From NCBI GenBank assembly GCA_001643675.2, contig LSRY02000010.1:1240001-1304000 (forward strand): a DNA stretch of 64,000 nucleotides, in the 5' to 3' direction. Of this stretch, positions 1-11,976 are shown one piece after another (positions within the stretch are counted from its first letter, which is position 1; each line of letters begins with the position of its first letter). Position numbers and translations under genes: made by a program. The notes under the pieces are model-generated. The model ran no database searches, had not been told where the DNA came from, and was given only the letters and a program-made list of their open reading frames with translations. This DNA is from Monocercomonoides exilis PA203. Taxonomy: Eukaryota; Protista; Preaxostyla.

Positions 1-234
1 CATCGCTCTCCAAACTATCAGTTGATTCGTCATCTGATAGAATTCCCCCAACATTCACCACATTCTCATAGCTCATCAGCTTCAGAATATTCTCATCGTC
101 TGCATTGTCCTCTTCATACAGCCATCCATCCCCTGAGCTTATGTTCCGTCAGTCTTCATCATCGAATTCTTCTCAACTTCTTCGGAACACTGTCAGAATC
201 TTTCTTAGCTTCTTTCACTCCCAGCTCATCTTCA

Positions 235-1042
235 TCTTTCTTGTTTTGTCTGTGGAGCTTATCCAATACTTTATAAAGTTCTTTTCTTCACTTTCCAATC
301 TTTCACACAATGATTTTGTTCTGTGACATTTCATATTTCCGACACACTTCCTAATGAAGTGAAATGTTGATAATTTGATAATAATTTCAAATCACACATA
401 AACAGCAATACAATAATTAATTTTTGAGTATTTTGCAAATTGATAATAAAAACAAACTTTGTCAAAAATGAACAAGAATTAATATAGTCACATTGAATAG
501 TCTTTCTCTTTGTTTCATCAAAAATTGTCTATGTGCCAAACAAAATTACCAGTTTCTAAATAAATAGGTCAAAATTCTTATATTAATGAAAAATAACAAC
601 GATTTGTAACAAACCTTTTATACAGCTTTGTCATTACAAGTCAGACGTCCTCACATATTAAATATATAGAATGACTGAAAAAAAATAAGAAAAATCTTCG
701 AAGACAGTGCATGGGAAACAATTCATTTCACACAACACTTCATCCCAAATAAAAAATATGTTAAAAAACAAATTATTACCAACTTTTTCCACTAACAGAT
801 TTTCAAAAAAAGCATCAGACATGTTTATTATTGTTATTTATTCACATTGAGCAAAATAGATCATGGTATTCTTAATGGCGCCATTAATAATAATTTGTAT
901 TTTTTATGATCAAAAATTTCAAAAATTTTTCAAAATTTTTTATTTTTGTTTCATTTAATTTGTGAATATTATTGCTTTATTAATGCAAACATTTCATCAG
1001 AAATTGGTTTTGATTTTTTTATTGTATGATTAAAGGTGAAAA
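235..1042 (-). repeat. Repeat module R, copy A (inverted relative to copies B and C); putative promoter plus 5' exons of a decayed gene family running off the left edge
   Basis: Reverse complement of 410-985 matches 4009-4584 almost exactly. 235-1042 matches ~12920-13730 in patches. Contains palindrome TTAATGGCGCCATTAA (872-887) and an ATG at 822 (MSDAFFENLLVEKV, then a GT donor). Confidence 0.9.
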
Positions 1043-1135
1043 AAATTAATTTTACTCAAAGAAATATTTTATTGGTATTTTTTTTATTAAAAATGTTAAT
1101 TAAAAATGAAAAACAATTACAAAAAAAATAAATAT

Positions 1136-3581
1136 TTATTCAATAAGTTGATAAAATGTTAATCCTGACTTCCATCCTTCCAATGATAAATTTTTCCAAT
1201 ACTGATTCCATTTATCAAATGCTAGCAGTGAAAAACCTCATCGTCGCATTCAAAGAAAATGCTTTTCTCTTCAATCAAATGCTTTTTATCCTTCACAACT
1301 GCAATGAAATGTCCATCTTTGAATTTTGATGTTGAATGAATCACAGTTCCACAAAGCTGATATTTTGCTGCAATCATATTATTGTCAGAGAAGAATTTCA
1401 GGGAAGTTTTTGCTTTCAAAGGATCAAAAAAGCAGATATCAAAAGGGCCATTTCCTTTTTCAGCAACAAACAGTTGAGTTGGAGGGGGATTGACTGATGA
1501 AGGTGTCAGATTGTTATGAAACACACACAAAACACAGGGAAAAGCATCAAGCCTGATCCATTTCAATTCAATTCTTCCAGTTGAACATTTTCCACACACC
1601 TGTTTCATTTGATCCTCCTCCTCTTTCACGACAGAAAAATAAGAATTTAAACCTTCAACAATATCAGCGTTTGATATTGGCACCTCCAACGTGATTCCCC
1701 TTGGCTTTGAAGTCAATTGATTACAAGACTGACATTTCATAAACTTGTGACTATGAAGTTGAAACTTTTTAATAACGCAATCATCCTCCTCCGACAATAA
1801 CTCCAGAAATTTTTCATATGTTGAAAGAGAACCTTTAGGTTCCGACAATGGTCCAAAATTATTCTCATGCATCTGAATCATTCTCTTCGTTCCCCAAAAG
1901 AATTTCTGAAAATCACACCCACTCAAACATTGCAGAACCAATTGAAGCGATTGTCGATCTGTTAAGTTTCTTTTGCTCGAAAAGCTCCTTCCCAAATCCA
2001 GAGATGCAAAACATTGACATAATGAACTGAATGAACAAGTCTTTCCCAGATTCCTCAATCCTCTTTTCGAAATTTTGTATTTGTAAACACAAGATCTTGA
2101 ACCCACATCACCATCCATCACATGCATTGATAAACAGTCGATAAATCTCTCAATTGGTGCAAACATCAGATAAACTGTGTCAGTTCTTGAAGGGTTTTTT
2201 GAATTGGATTCCATATCGTCATCTTCATTTGAAGATATTTTCTTTTTGCTGTGAAAGAGTGTTGCTAACTCTGACTCTAAGGGTGATGAAGTTGACAAAG
2301 TTAAAGAGGGAGAGGAAGGGGAGGAGGAGGAAGAAGAACAAGAACAAGAAGAACAAGAAGAAGAGGAGGAGGAGGAAGAGGAAGGAGAGGAGTGAGATGG
2401 AGGAGAAGGAGAAGGAGAGGATGAAAATAAAGGAGAGGAAGAGGAAGAGGAGGATGAGAGAGAGGAAGGAGAGCAGTAAGATGGAGGAGAAGGAGAAGTG
2501 GAAGGGGAAGGAAAAGGAGAAAGAGAAGAAGACAAAGAGGATGAGGAAGAGGGGGAAGCAGGAAAGGAAGCAGATGAGGATGCGGATGAAACTGTTGAAG
2601 GATGAATATTCGAAGGAGTTGATGGGAAAGAAGATGGAAATGATGGGGAGGAAGAAGATTGAAATGAAGATGGAGAAGCCATATTTAAAGGATGGAAAGA
2701 GGATAAATTTGAAGCAGAAGGGAAGGATGAGGAAGAAAATGAAGTCGATGGGAATGAGGAGGAGGAAGGAGATGAGAATGATGGGAAAGGTGAAGAAGAT
2801 GATGGAATTGATTTTTCTGATGGAGGAAAAGCAGAAAACATAAAAGGAGATGGAAAGGAGAGAGTGTTGATTGAGGAAGATGAGGATGATGATAATGTTG
2901 AAGTTGATGGTGATAATGAAGATGATTTCGGAGTGTAATTGAGTGAAATGCAATCTTCTGAATCTTCCATATCCATTTCTATTGTTTCAATTTTTTTCAT
3001 TTTCGGCTCCAAGATATCCAAAATATGATTTTGAAGAATCACGTTGAGAAGAACGTTGTTTCCTTTTCATTGGCGGTGTTCTGTCTGTTGAAATTTCTTT
3101 CTTTTGATCGAAAAACGATGCTCGAAAAGGCGCTGGTTTTATTACAAACCCAAACTCTTGGCTTAGTGTCTGCTGAGAGAATTCTTTTGTCAGAATCAAT
3201 AGCATTTCACTTTGTAATTCATAGGAGAGGCTATTGAAAACATGACTCAGCTCTTTTATGGTTCGTTTCAGTGGATCTTCATATTGCAAAATAAAAAAAA
3301 AATAATAATAAATATTTATAAATAAAAAAAGAATATTTAAAAAAACATTGAATAAAGAAAAATTACATAAATAAAACATTGTTTAAGAAAGACACGCCAT
3401 TAAATGATTTTAATAAACTTTCGAAAAGTTGCCTTCCTACTTGTGTTTGTTGGAAAAGCATAAATGAAACCATTTCTGCGTGAGAGAGTGACATTTTTTG
3501 TAAAAAATTTGTGAGTTGGACCATATCCTTCTGCAGGCTTCTAAATTCCAATTCATTATGAACCCTTTTAGCTGACAACAT
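1136..3581 (-). pseudogene. USP/peptidase C19 deubiquitinase gene, sister of the 8105-11972 transposase gene but lacking the transposase core; two apparent frameshifts
   Basis: Cys box GLRNLGKTCSFSSLCQC (Cys codon 2035-2037), His box DGHFIAVV (His 1309-1311), CDDE, and CQSC..CGKC zinc ligands. N-terminal exons (ORFs 3363-3686, 2987-3379) align with 8105-8613. Frameshifts near ~3065 and in the T5 run near 1231-1235; the shifted frame gives LLAFDKWNQYWKNLSLEGWKSGLTFYQLIE* ending at 1136. Confidence 0.8.
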
Positions 3582-4008
3582 TGTCGATAAACCGATCCAG
3601 TCAATGAAATTGCAATATATGGGAATTTTTTTATGAGAAATGGAACTCATAAAACAATAAAAAAAAATAATAAAAATCAAATTCAACTAAATATGTTAAA
3701 TTTCTGACCAATAAAAAATTGAACATAAAAAAATAAACAATGTTTATCTATTTTTGAACAAATATAAAATAAGATACAATAAAAAAAATATTCATAGTTT
3801 AATGAAAATTTCTAAATTTTTTTTCATTGCGGAAAAAATAATTAACAACTCATATTGCTTTCTCATTATTTGATAATTAAAAAATAAATTTCAAATACTT
3901 CAAAAAAAAATATTTAAATTTCTAATATATATTATTTATATTAATTTTGATATCACATTAAAAAAAAGTTTTAATAATTAATTAACAACATTCAAATGAC
4001 TTTTTTCA

Positions 4009-4584
4009 CATTAATAAAGCAATAATATTCACAAATTAAATGAAACAAAAATAAAAAATTTTGAAAAATTTTTGAAATTTTTGATCATAAAAAATACAAA
4101 TTATTATTAATGGCGCCATTAAGAATACCATGATCTATTTTGCTCAATGTGAATAAATAACAATAATAAACATGTCTGATGCTTTTTTTGAAAATCTGTT
4201 AGTGGAAAAAGTTGGTAATAATTTGTTTTTTAACATATTTTTTATTTGGGATGAAGTGTTGTGTGAAATGAATTGTTTCCCATGCACTGTCTTCGAAGAT
4301 TTTTCTTATTTTTTTTCAGTCATTCTATATATTTAATATGTGAGGACGTCTGACTTGTAATGACAAAGCTGTATAAAAGGTTTGTTACAAATCGTTGTTA
4401 TTTTTCATTAATATAAGAATTTTGACCTATTTATTTAGAAACTGGTAATTTTGTTTGGCACATAGACAATTTTTGATGAAACAAAGAGAAAGACTATTCA
4501 ATGTGACTATATTAATTCTTGTTCATTTTTGACAAAGTTTGTTTTTATTATCAATTTGCAAAATACTCAAAAATCAATTATTGT
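4009..4584 (+). repeat. Repeat module R, copy B
   Basis: 576-bp near-perfect inverted copy of 410-985 and direct copy of ~12977-13510; palindrome at 4107-4122. Confidence 0.92.
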
Positions 4585-4819
4585 CTTTTTTTAAGTGACT
4601 GAAGTGATGACAAGAAGATGAATGAAGCTATTAAACATAATATAAATAAATATATCATTTCGAGAAAAATTAGAAAGGCTTATTGAAATGTTTCGTGTTG
4701 TTTGCCTTTTCATTAACTGTTTTAAATTATTTTATTTAACTTTTGAGTATATTCAATAATGATGCTCATTACTGTTCATCTGCAATTTAATAATGTTCAA
4801 CCTCAATTCCATCATTCAT

Positions 4820-6870
4820 TCAGAACCAACTGATGAGAGTTCTCGACAACAATGTGTATTTATCTCTTGTCTCTTCAGCATCCTCCTCCTCTTCTTCTTC
4901 CCCTTCTTCTTTATTGACTGATCTGTCAATTTGACAGCTTAACGGAGCCATTTTTGCAAGAACACACGAAAAAATCAAATACTTTTTTCGCCCAGTTCTT
5001 CGCATGTTGAACACATGTAGTTCTGTATTTGTTGTTGAAACAGACAATCAAAAAACAAGTGGATGATTGGAGAAATTTACTGATGCTGGAGACATCAACA
5101 GACCATCGCAGTCAGTTCGCATTGCTCCCGCCTGTTTCTTTAATTTTTCGGATAAAGAAGAAGAGCAAGATACCAGCGAAATGCGACGAATGCAGTCGAA
5201 AAGCAAGATAACTGCATTGTGTGTGGTGACTGGCCTGAGGATCCTTCCCTCTGCAGCTGTTGTGGATGTGCACCGCCACAACACGGAGAAGGCGATTCTG
5301 TGGAAAGAACTGTCTTTGAACCAGTTGAACCACACGTTTGCCCACGAGCTCACTCCAGCCGACGAGACATTCAACCGCAACGATGGGCTCCTTGACACAG
5401 AGGCTGGCATGCGCTTGCTGCTGGATCTGTTGCATTTTCCTTTCAATTTAGGTACCAATCCGCTGCAATATAAAGACACAGAGGTGTTTGTGTGTGTGTG
5501 TGCAAAGCAACATGAAAATATCCTATTGATTAGCAAACACACAATTTTACAAATTATAATGTGAGAGTGGAGTATTGAGTGGAGGAAGGAAATATGAGGA
5601 AGGGGATGATGCATCAGATGGGAGGGATGGGTCTGGGTGGAAATGGAGGTGGAGGAGCAAGTGGAGGAGAAGGAGGAGGATAAAATGATAACAATGGAGG
5701 AGATGGAAGTTGTGGAAATCAAGGAGAAAACAAATGAGAATGAATATGTCCCATTTCAATAGATCCACGCGAGGGATATCTTGAAACCGGAGAAGAACGT
5801 GTGAATAGATTTTCATGTGACAGCCACAGCAAGTGTATTCATCAAGCTTCGTTCATCTGAAAGCATCTGGGAGGAGGGAAGCACGCGGTGAAGAAGATTG
5901 CATGCCAGATGCTAATTCAAATCAAAGCACGTGTTGGGTTTGAGAGCGAGCGAGAAGAAGAAGAAACGGAAATGCATTTTCTGGAATAAATAACCCATCG
6001 GCGAGGTGGATGCACCAATGCAGTCGATCGTGATGCGGAACAAAGGTGGGACGAGCGTCGACAACTGACTCGATCTGACTGATGAAGAGCGGCTGAGTTT
6101 TTCCACATCTGAATATTCACTGTTTGAATAACTTTTCACGACAGGGATTGTGCAAGCGCATGAAATGTGGAAAACAAATTGTTTCTTCCGTCCGCTGATG
6201 CAAAGAGGTTATTTGGAAAGGATTCCGATCAATCTGGGAAGCAGGAACAGCTCGATGAGTGTGATGAACGCGAATGTTGGAATAGGAGGAGCAGTTTGAG
6301 GAGATGGGAATGTGAATGGAACGAATCATTCACCATCATAGAACAATGGAATAGTGATGGGAATTGGTGGAGCACAAGGAGGAGCACAAGGAGCAGCCGG
6401 AGGAGGAAGTGATGGAACAGAAGGAATAACTCACATGGAAACAGTTCTGCAAGCGCTGCTGGAAGGCGACGGTTTCATCGCGAAGGAAGGAGCAGAGCCA
6501 CTTGTGGATGAGAAAAAGACAGCAACTCCATGTTCCTCTTTCTCAACTTCCTGGCCAGTTATGCTTATTGTCACATGAGCGAATTGGCTTTGGGGGTGTG
6601 GCAGGTGGGAGCATCGAGCTGAGGCTGGTGTGTCTGGTGTGTCTGCGTGCGAGGAGCACCCTGCATTGCAGAAGAGGGCGTGTGAGAAAGGAGAGAAGAG
6701 AGAAATTATATTAGATACAGAAGAGAGTCGTCCACTGACAAGTCGGATGCTTCGATAATTTGGCCGATTGGAGGAAAGAGGACAAAAGGAGAGAAATGCG
6801 TATGTGTGTTGTGCAGTCGCATGTTCTTAAAGGCTGTTCAAGTTGAAGAAATTTCATTTCAATGAATAAT
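4820..6870 (-). pseudogene. Decayed protein-coding sequence of unknown family
   Basis: Coding-like GC, intron-like acceptor (ttgcag) and protein-like fragments (MQQIQQQAHASLCVKEPIVAVECLVGW...; LVPPLFRITIDCIG) broken by stops and frameshifts. Confidence 0.35.
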
Positions 6871-7538
6871 CACTATCGTTATCTTCACATTTTCGATCTC
6901 AAATTGTTATTATCTTTTTCAAATGTGAATGAAGTCGGTGGTGAAATTACAAAAAAAGCGAAGCAGAAATGAATGATTATTGGCATTAGGAGAAAAAAGT
7001 GATCAAAAAGAGGATATATGTGTTTTGATTGTGATCGATGAATAATTATGTGAAAAAGAAAATAAAAGAAGATTTGTGAAATGAAACAAAGAAAAAATTA
7101 AAATTGTTTATTTATAGTTATTGTTTCATCTCGGATATTTCAAAAAGAAAATAAATAAATAATTGTTGATGTTCAAACAATAATCATACTTATTATTTTT
7201 ATTTGTTCATCAGTTAAACAAATAATCTCTATTCAACACATCTGTGCAGTATTTAAAAATTTATATATCTCTCTTTTTTTTTTTTTATTTGCTCATTTCA
7301 GTATTTTTTATTTAGAAATAATTTTTTTATTTCTATTTGTTATCAAAACTAATTTATTTTGATGGTTCGTTTCATTTTTTTGATTTATTTTGCATGAAAA
7401 AAAATATTTAATAATGAAAACGAACTTTTTCAAAAAAATGAGTTAATCAATTCAAATTGAAAAAAAAAAAAACAAAATATATTCGAAGGTTTATTTTTTA
7501 TTTCATTTTTTAAAAAAATTAAAAAAATTCCAATTCAC

Positions 7539-7977
7539 ATAGTTCAAAAACATCTGCATCATTTTATTTTTCCAAATAAAAATAATCACAAAAATGATGA
7601 CAAGCTCAAATGAGAAGTGTGATCAGTCACTAACAGATATATGAAAAAATGAGTATGATTAATCATTTCGATGCAGATGATCAGTATTTGACAAAAACAA
7701 GAAGGAAAAATTTTGCAAGAGGGAAAGTTATTAGAAAAAGAATGATCGAAATTTTGATCTATCATTATGTTTCTTTTTTTTCTAAAAACTTTCCCTCTTG
7801 CAAAATTTTTCCTTCTTGTTTTTGTCAAATACTGATCATCTGCATCGAAATGATTAATCATACTCATTTTTTCATATATCTGTTAGTGACTGATCACACT
7901 TCTCATTTGAGCTTGTCATCATTTTTGTGATTATTTTTATTTGGAAAAATAAAATGATGCAGATGTTTTTGAACTAT
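7539..7977. repeat. Perfect palindrome / foldback; possible MITE 7542-7974 with TA target-site duplication
   Basis: Arms 7539-7729 and 7787-7977 (191 bp) are exact reverse complements around a 57-bp spacer. TA at 7540-7541 and 7975-7976. Four nested copies of CATCTGCATC/GATGCAGATG. Confidence 0.95.
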
Positions 7978-8104
7978 ATAAAGTTATTAGTCATTTTCGA
8001 AAAAATATTTATTTCTAAAAAAACAAAAAATAAAGAAAAATCCCGAGTTGTCATTTTTTTATAAATTGATAATAATTCCATAATAAATTGTAATAATCAC
8101 TAAA

Positions 8105-11100
8105 ATGTCATTTTCAAAACAGGAGTCAACTCTAAATTCACGATGCAACGTTCTATGGAAAGAAATACAACGCATCGGTGGAGATGACTTTGATTCATTG
8201 CTCGTCTATTTGTTTTACAACTACAGAAAATCATCTTCAGTAATTAATGATTTTCTGAAGTCCTTGAATGGTTTGGACTTTAAAATTTTTTGATTGTTAA
8301 TAACTTATATTTTTCTCTAATAATATTTATTTTAAATTAATATTTATTTTTTTATTTTTATGAAAACTTGGAATATTACGAAATACTTCTGAAAGATCTC
8401 TCAGTTGTGTACAAGCATGCACAATTACACACGCAAACGATGATCCTTCAAGCACTGACGCGCAACGCATCATTATCTGAGCTTCTGGACTATGGATTTG
8501 ACATTACTGAAGGAAAGTATAATTATGCAAAACAAACTCTTACAAAAAACCAAGGATTTTTAATACCAGCACAATTGCCTCACCCACCATCATGTAAAAG
8601 TGGTTTGTATTAAATTTTATAATGATTTCTTTTTTTTACTGTTTTTTTATTTTTTTCAATTATTTTTTTTTATTTTTTTTTTAAGGTCTTAATGAACAAG
8701 ATTGGGAAAAGGGCAACAATTGGATGTTGGCCCATTCCACAGAGGCATCAACTTCATAACAATCAGCCAAGAAAAGATCAAAAAAGGTTCCAGATTACGC
8801 ACAGTTCATAGAGGAATCTGCATGGGATGATATTATTATTACAGAAAAAAATAATTCAAACAAAAAACAATCTTCGTCATCGAAAAAAACAAATCAAAGC
8901 AGCAACAATGCCAATGTCATTCCATCTGTGAAACCTTCTTCTACAAATAATACACCTTCTCAAACAGTAAACAATCCAATCAGCACTCCACTTCGTGCTG
9001 AAAGAAAGACAATAAGAATTAAACAAAAAAATTCATTTCATCATCGTCATTCTTCTCCATCACTGATTCCTATTCACAAACTTTACAAAGAAAAAACTTC
9101 ATCATCATTTTCATCATCCTCATCTTCATCATCATCATCTTCTTCTTCTTCATCATCGTCTTCTTCTTCATCATCATCATCATCATCCTCATCATCCTCA
9201 TCATCCTCATCCTCATCATCATCATCAATTAGAAAGAAAAAGAAAGAAATAGATAATACTCCTCCAACAGACAAAGTTTCATCATCCTTTAGCAACGAAA
9301 ATATGTGGATTAGTGGTCAATTGATTGAATATGCCACTTCTCCCACTCTTATTCCTCCACTGGCATTTCAAAATCTTCTCTCAACATTTCCAAAAAATAA
9401 TGACATTTCAATTACTCCATCACAATCACCTCAATCAAATCAAAACGAATTAACAAACAATAATAGATCATTAAAAAACATTTCAAATAACAACACAATG
9501 AATCTTCATCCTTCTTATCCGTTAACATCTCCATTTCCTTCATCACATTCACAAAACTTAACAAACATAACAAACACTAGTTTTAAAGGATTAATCAATT
9601 TAGGCAACACATGTTATCTTGCCTCTCTTCTTCAGTGTTTCTCTTCAATCACTTCACAAAAACCATCAATCATTTCAAAAACACGCTCAAAACAAACATT
9701 ATCATTTCAAATGATGAGTATTTGCAATCAAATCCTCAAAGATGGAAAAAAAGTACATTCATGGATCCCATCAATTGTTAGCAAATGGGAAAATTTTTGC
9801 AGATACGGAAGCAAGCAGCAGCAGAATGTGTCAGAGGCATTCGATAATCTTCATAGACTTTTCGAAAAAGATGGATTGATAAAGAAAGATTGCTTCTGTC
9901 CTATTTTGATTTCTCATTTCAATTGTTTAAAATGTCAAAAACTCACATCACACATCGACAACATCAACAATAGCATAATCATCAATTCTTCATCAACTCA
10001 CAATGGTTTGTCTTCTTTGTTTTCAACTGAAATACTAGATGGGAAAAATTGTGTATATTGTGAAGAGTGCAAAGAAAAATGCTGCACTGCTCGGTGGGAG
10101 GAAATGATTTCATTTCCAGAGGTACTAGCCCTCTCCCATGAATGTACTGATCCTGCTAGTTCTCCACCTTCTCGAACACTTCTAATCAAGACTGATATGT
10201 CGAACAAACGTTCATTTTGCAAAGGATATGCAAATGAAAAAGATTCAACATTTCACAACAACAATAAAGAAACAACATTCTATCATTTCATTGGTCAAGT
10301 TCTTCACAAACAGTTTGATAACAGTAATGGTCATTTCATTGCTGTTGTGGAAAGAAAGAAAGGAATTAGAAAGATGTGGATCACCTGTAACGATGATGAT
10401 ATTAAACAATTTGATAGTGACAATTGGACTAAGACTTGGAAAGAACTTTACGCACAGGGTTACACTCCTTCACTTTCATTCTACGTAAAAGAAAACTCAC
10501 TATCTACGCATCCAACTATTCAATTTGGTGGTTCCTCTATTTCTTCCTCCTCTTCTCAATCTTTAAATATCAACAACACAAACACAGACACAACTCCATC
10601 ATCATCGTTTATCACACCACCACATCATTCTTCTTCCATTCCACAACTTTCTTCATCAATAACAACTAACTATGGATTGGAAGCACTAAAAGAAAGAAGA
10701 AAGAAAACGGGCATCTTTTCTCCCAATGAAAAGAGATTAATCTTCAAGCCCAAGACTAAATTATGGAAAGAGTTTTCCGAAGAAACAAATATTAAAGTTT
10801 CTTTGTCACACTTCTACAAACTCACAACCAACTTCTCCAAAGCAAAAAGGCGCACAGACCTCTGCGGCATGTGTGAGAAGTTGAACTATCTTGAGAACAA
10901 ATTAAAGTCATCTCAAAACAAAAATGGACTTTCTTCTACAGAGTTTCATACACTCAAACTTCTTCGACAACATCGTCTTGTTGCAGAAATGCAACGCAAA
11001 CACTATCAATCAACTGTTGATAATTTGAAAGAGGGAGAAGCAGTCTTCGTCTTCGACTTCAAAGAGAAATGGAAACTCCCCATCAGAAAAAATCAACTTC

Positions 11101-11972
11101 AACAAGAATTCTTCAATTATCAACAAGTATCTCAATTCACAATCATCTCTCTTCAAAAAATTAATAATCAACAAATAAAACGAACTTTCAACTTCTTCTC
11201 CGACTGCCTCTCAAATGATCACAGATTTGTTATTGAGTGTCTGGAATCTGTGATCAAAAGACACTTCTTCTCAGACACTCACACTTTTAAGTTCTTCTGC
11301 GATTCAGGTCCACACAACCGAAATCGCTTCCTTCTTCACTTCATCCTCTCCAAACAATCAAAACTTCTTAAAAAGAAAAATACACAACTCAATTTCTTCG
11401 CTGAGCACCACGGAAAGAATATATGTGATAGTGAATTTGGTGCATTAGTTAATTCAATCGACAACAATCTATCAACTGAACACATCACTACACTTCATGA
11501 CTTTATCAACTTCTTCGAAAACAATATGAATGTTTCAACATCTGTTTCATCATCTTCACAATTGAATATTTTTGAATCATCCTCATCAAACAACTCCCCA
11601 TCGTCAACATCTATCAAGGAGTGTGTGCATGAGAGGTACTTTGAAGAGTATGTACCATCTCAGCAAATTTCATGGCCATCACTGTCAGTCCCTCACATGA
11701 AGGACTATTTATACTTTGAGCGCAAGGGCTCATTTGTCTGCGCATCTGCTGTTGGATATCTTCCTCAACGCTCTCTGGTTGCCCTCGAATCTTCGACAAT
11801 GAAAGAAAAGGTTCAACGTTCAAGAAAGTCATTTCACTCTGATATCACATCATCTAACTCTTCTCTTCTTTCTCAATCTTCTCAAGATCTTCTTTCAAGA
11901 AGATTTGATCTTCTTCTTTACTCTTCTTCTTTTAATGAATCTCAAAATTGTATTAATAGTGTCCCTTTTTAA
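8105..11972 (+). mobile_element. Sola-like DDD transposase with an embedded USP/C19 deubiquitinase domain; exons ~8105-8270, ~8396-8602, 8687-11972; one in-frame TAA at 8757-8759
   Basis: USP: GLINLGNTCYLASLLQC (Cys 9612-9614), QQQNVSEAF, CLKC..CEEC, NGHFIAVV (His 10332-10334), WITCNDD. Transposase: SLSHFYKL..KRRTDLCGMC, VFDFKEK (D 11055), Q-rich QQEFFNYQQVS, FFSD, FCDSGPHNRN (D 11301), FFAEHHGKNICDSEFG (D 11427). GT-AG introns join the exons in frame. Confidence 0.85.
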
Positions 11973-11976
11973 GAAA

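Noticed and set aside
2154-2953. 229-aa Lys/Arg-rich and 242-aa Phe/Leu-rich ORFs
   Set aside because: Shadows of the Ser/Pro-rich linker of the USP gene.
410-4584. R copies A and B as classical TIRs of a USP-carrying transposon
   Set aside because: No target-site duplication at the outer ends, and copy A's homology with copy C continues past the supposed terminus.
7586-7930. Twin 93-aa ORFs on opposite strands
   Set aside because: Automatic consequence of the palindrome; no protein motif.
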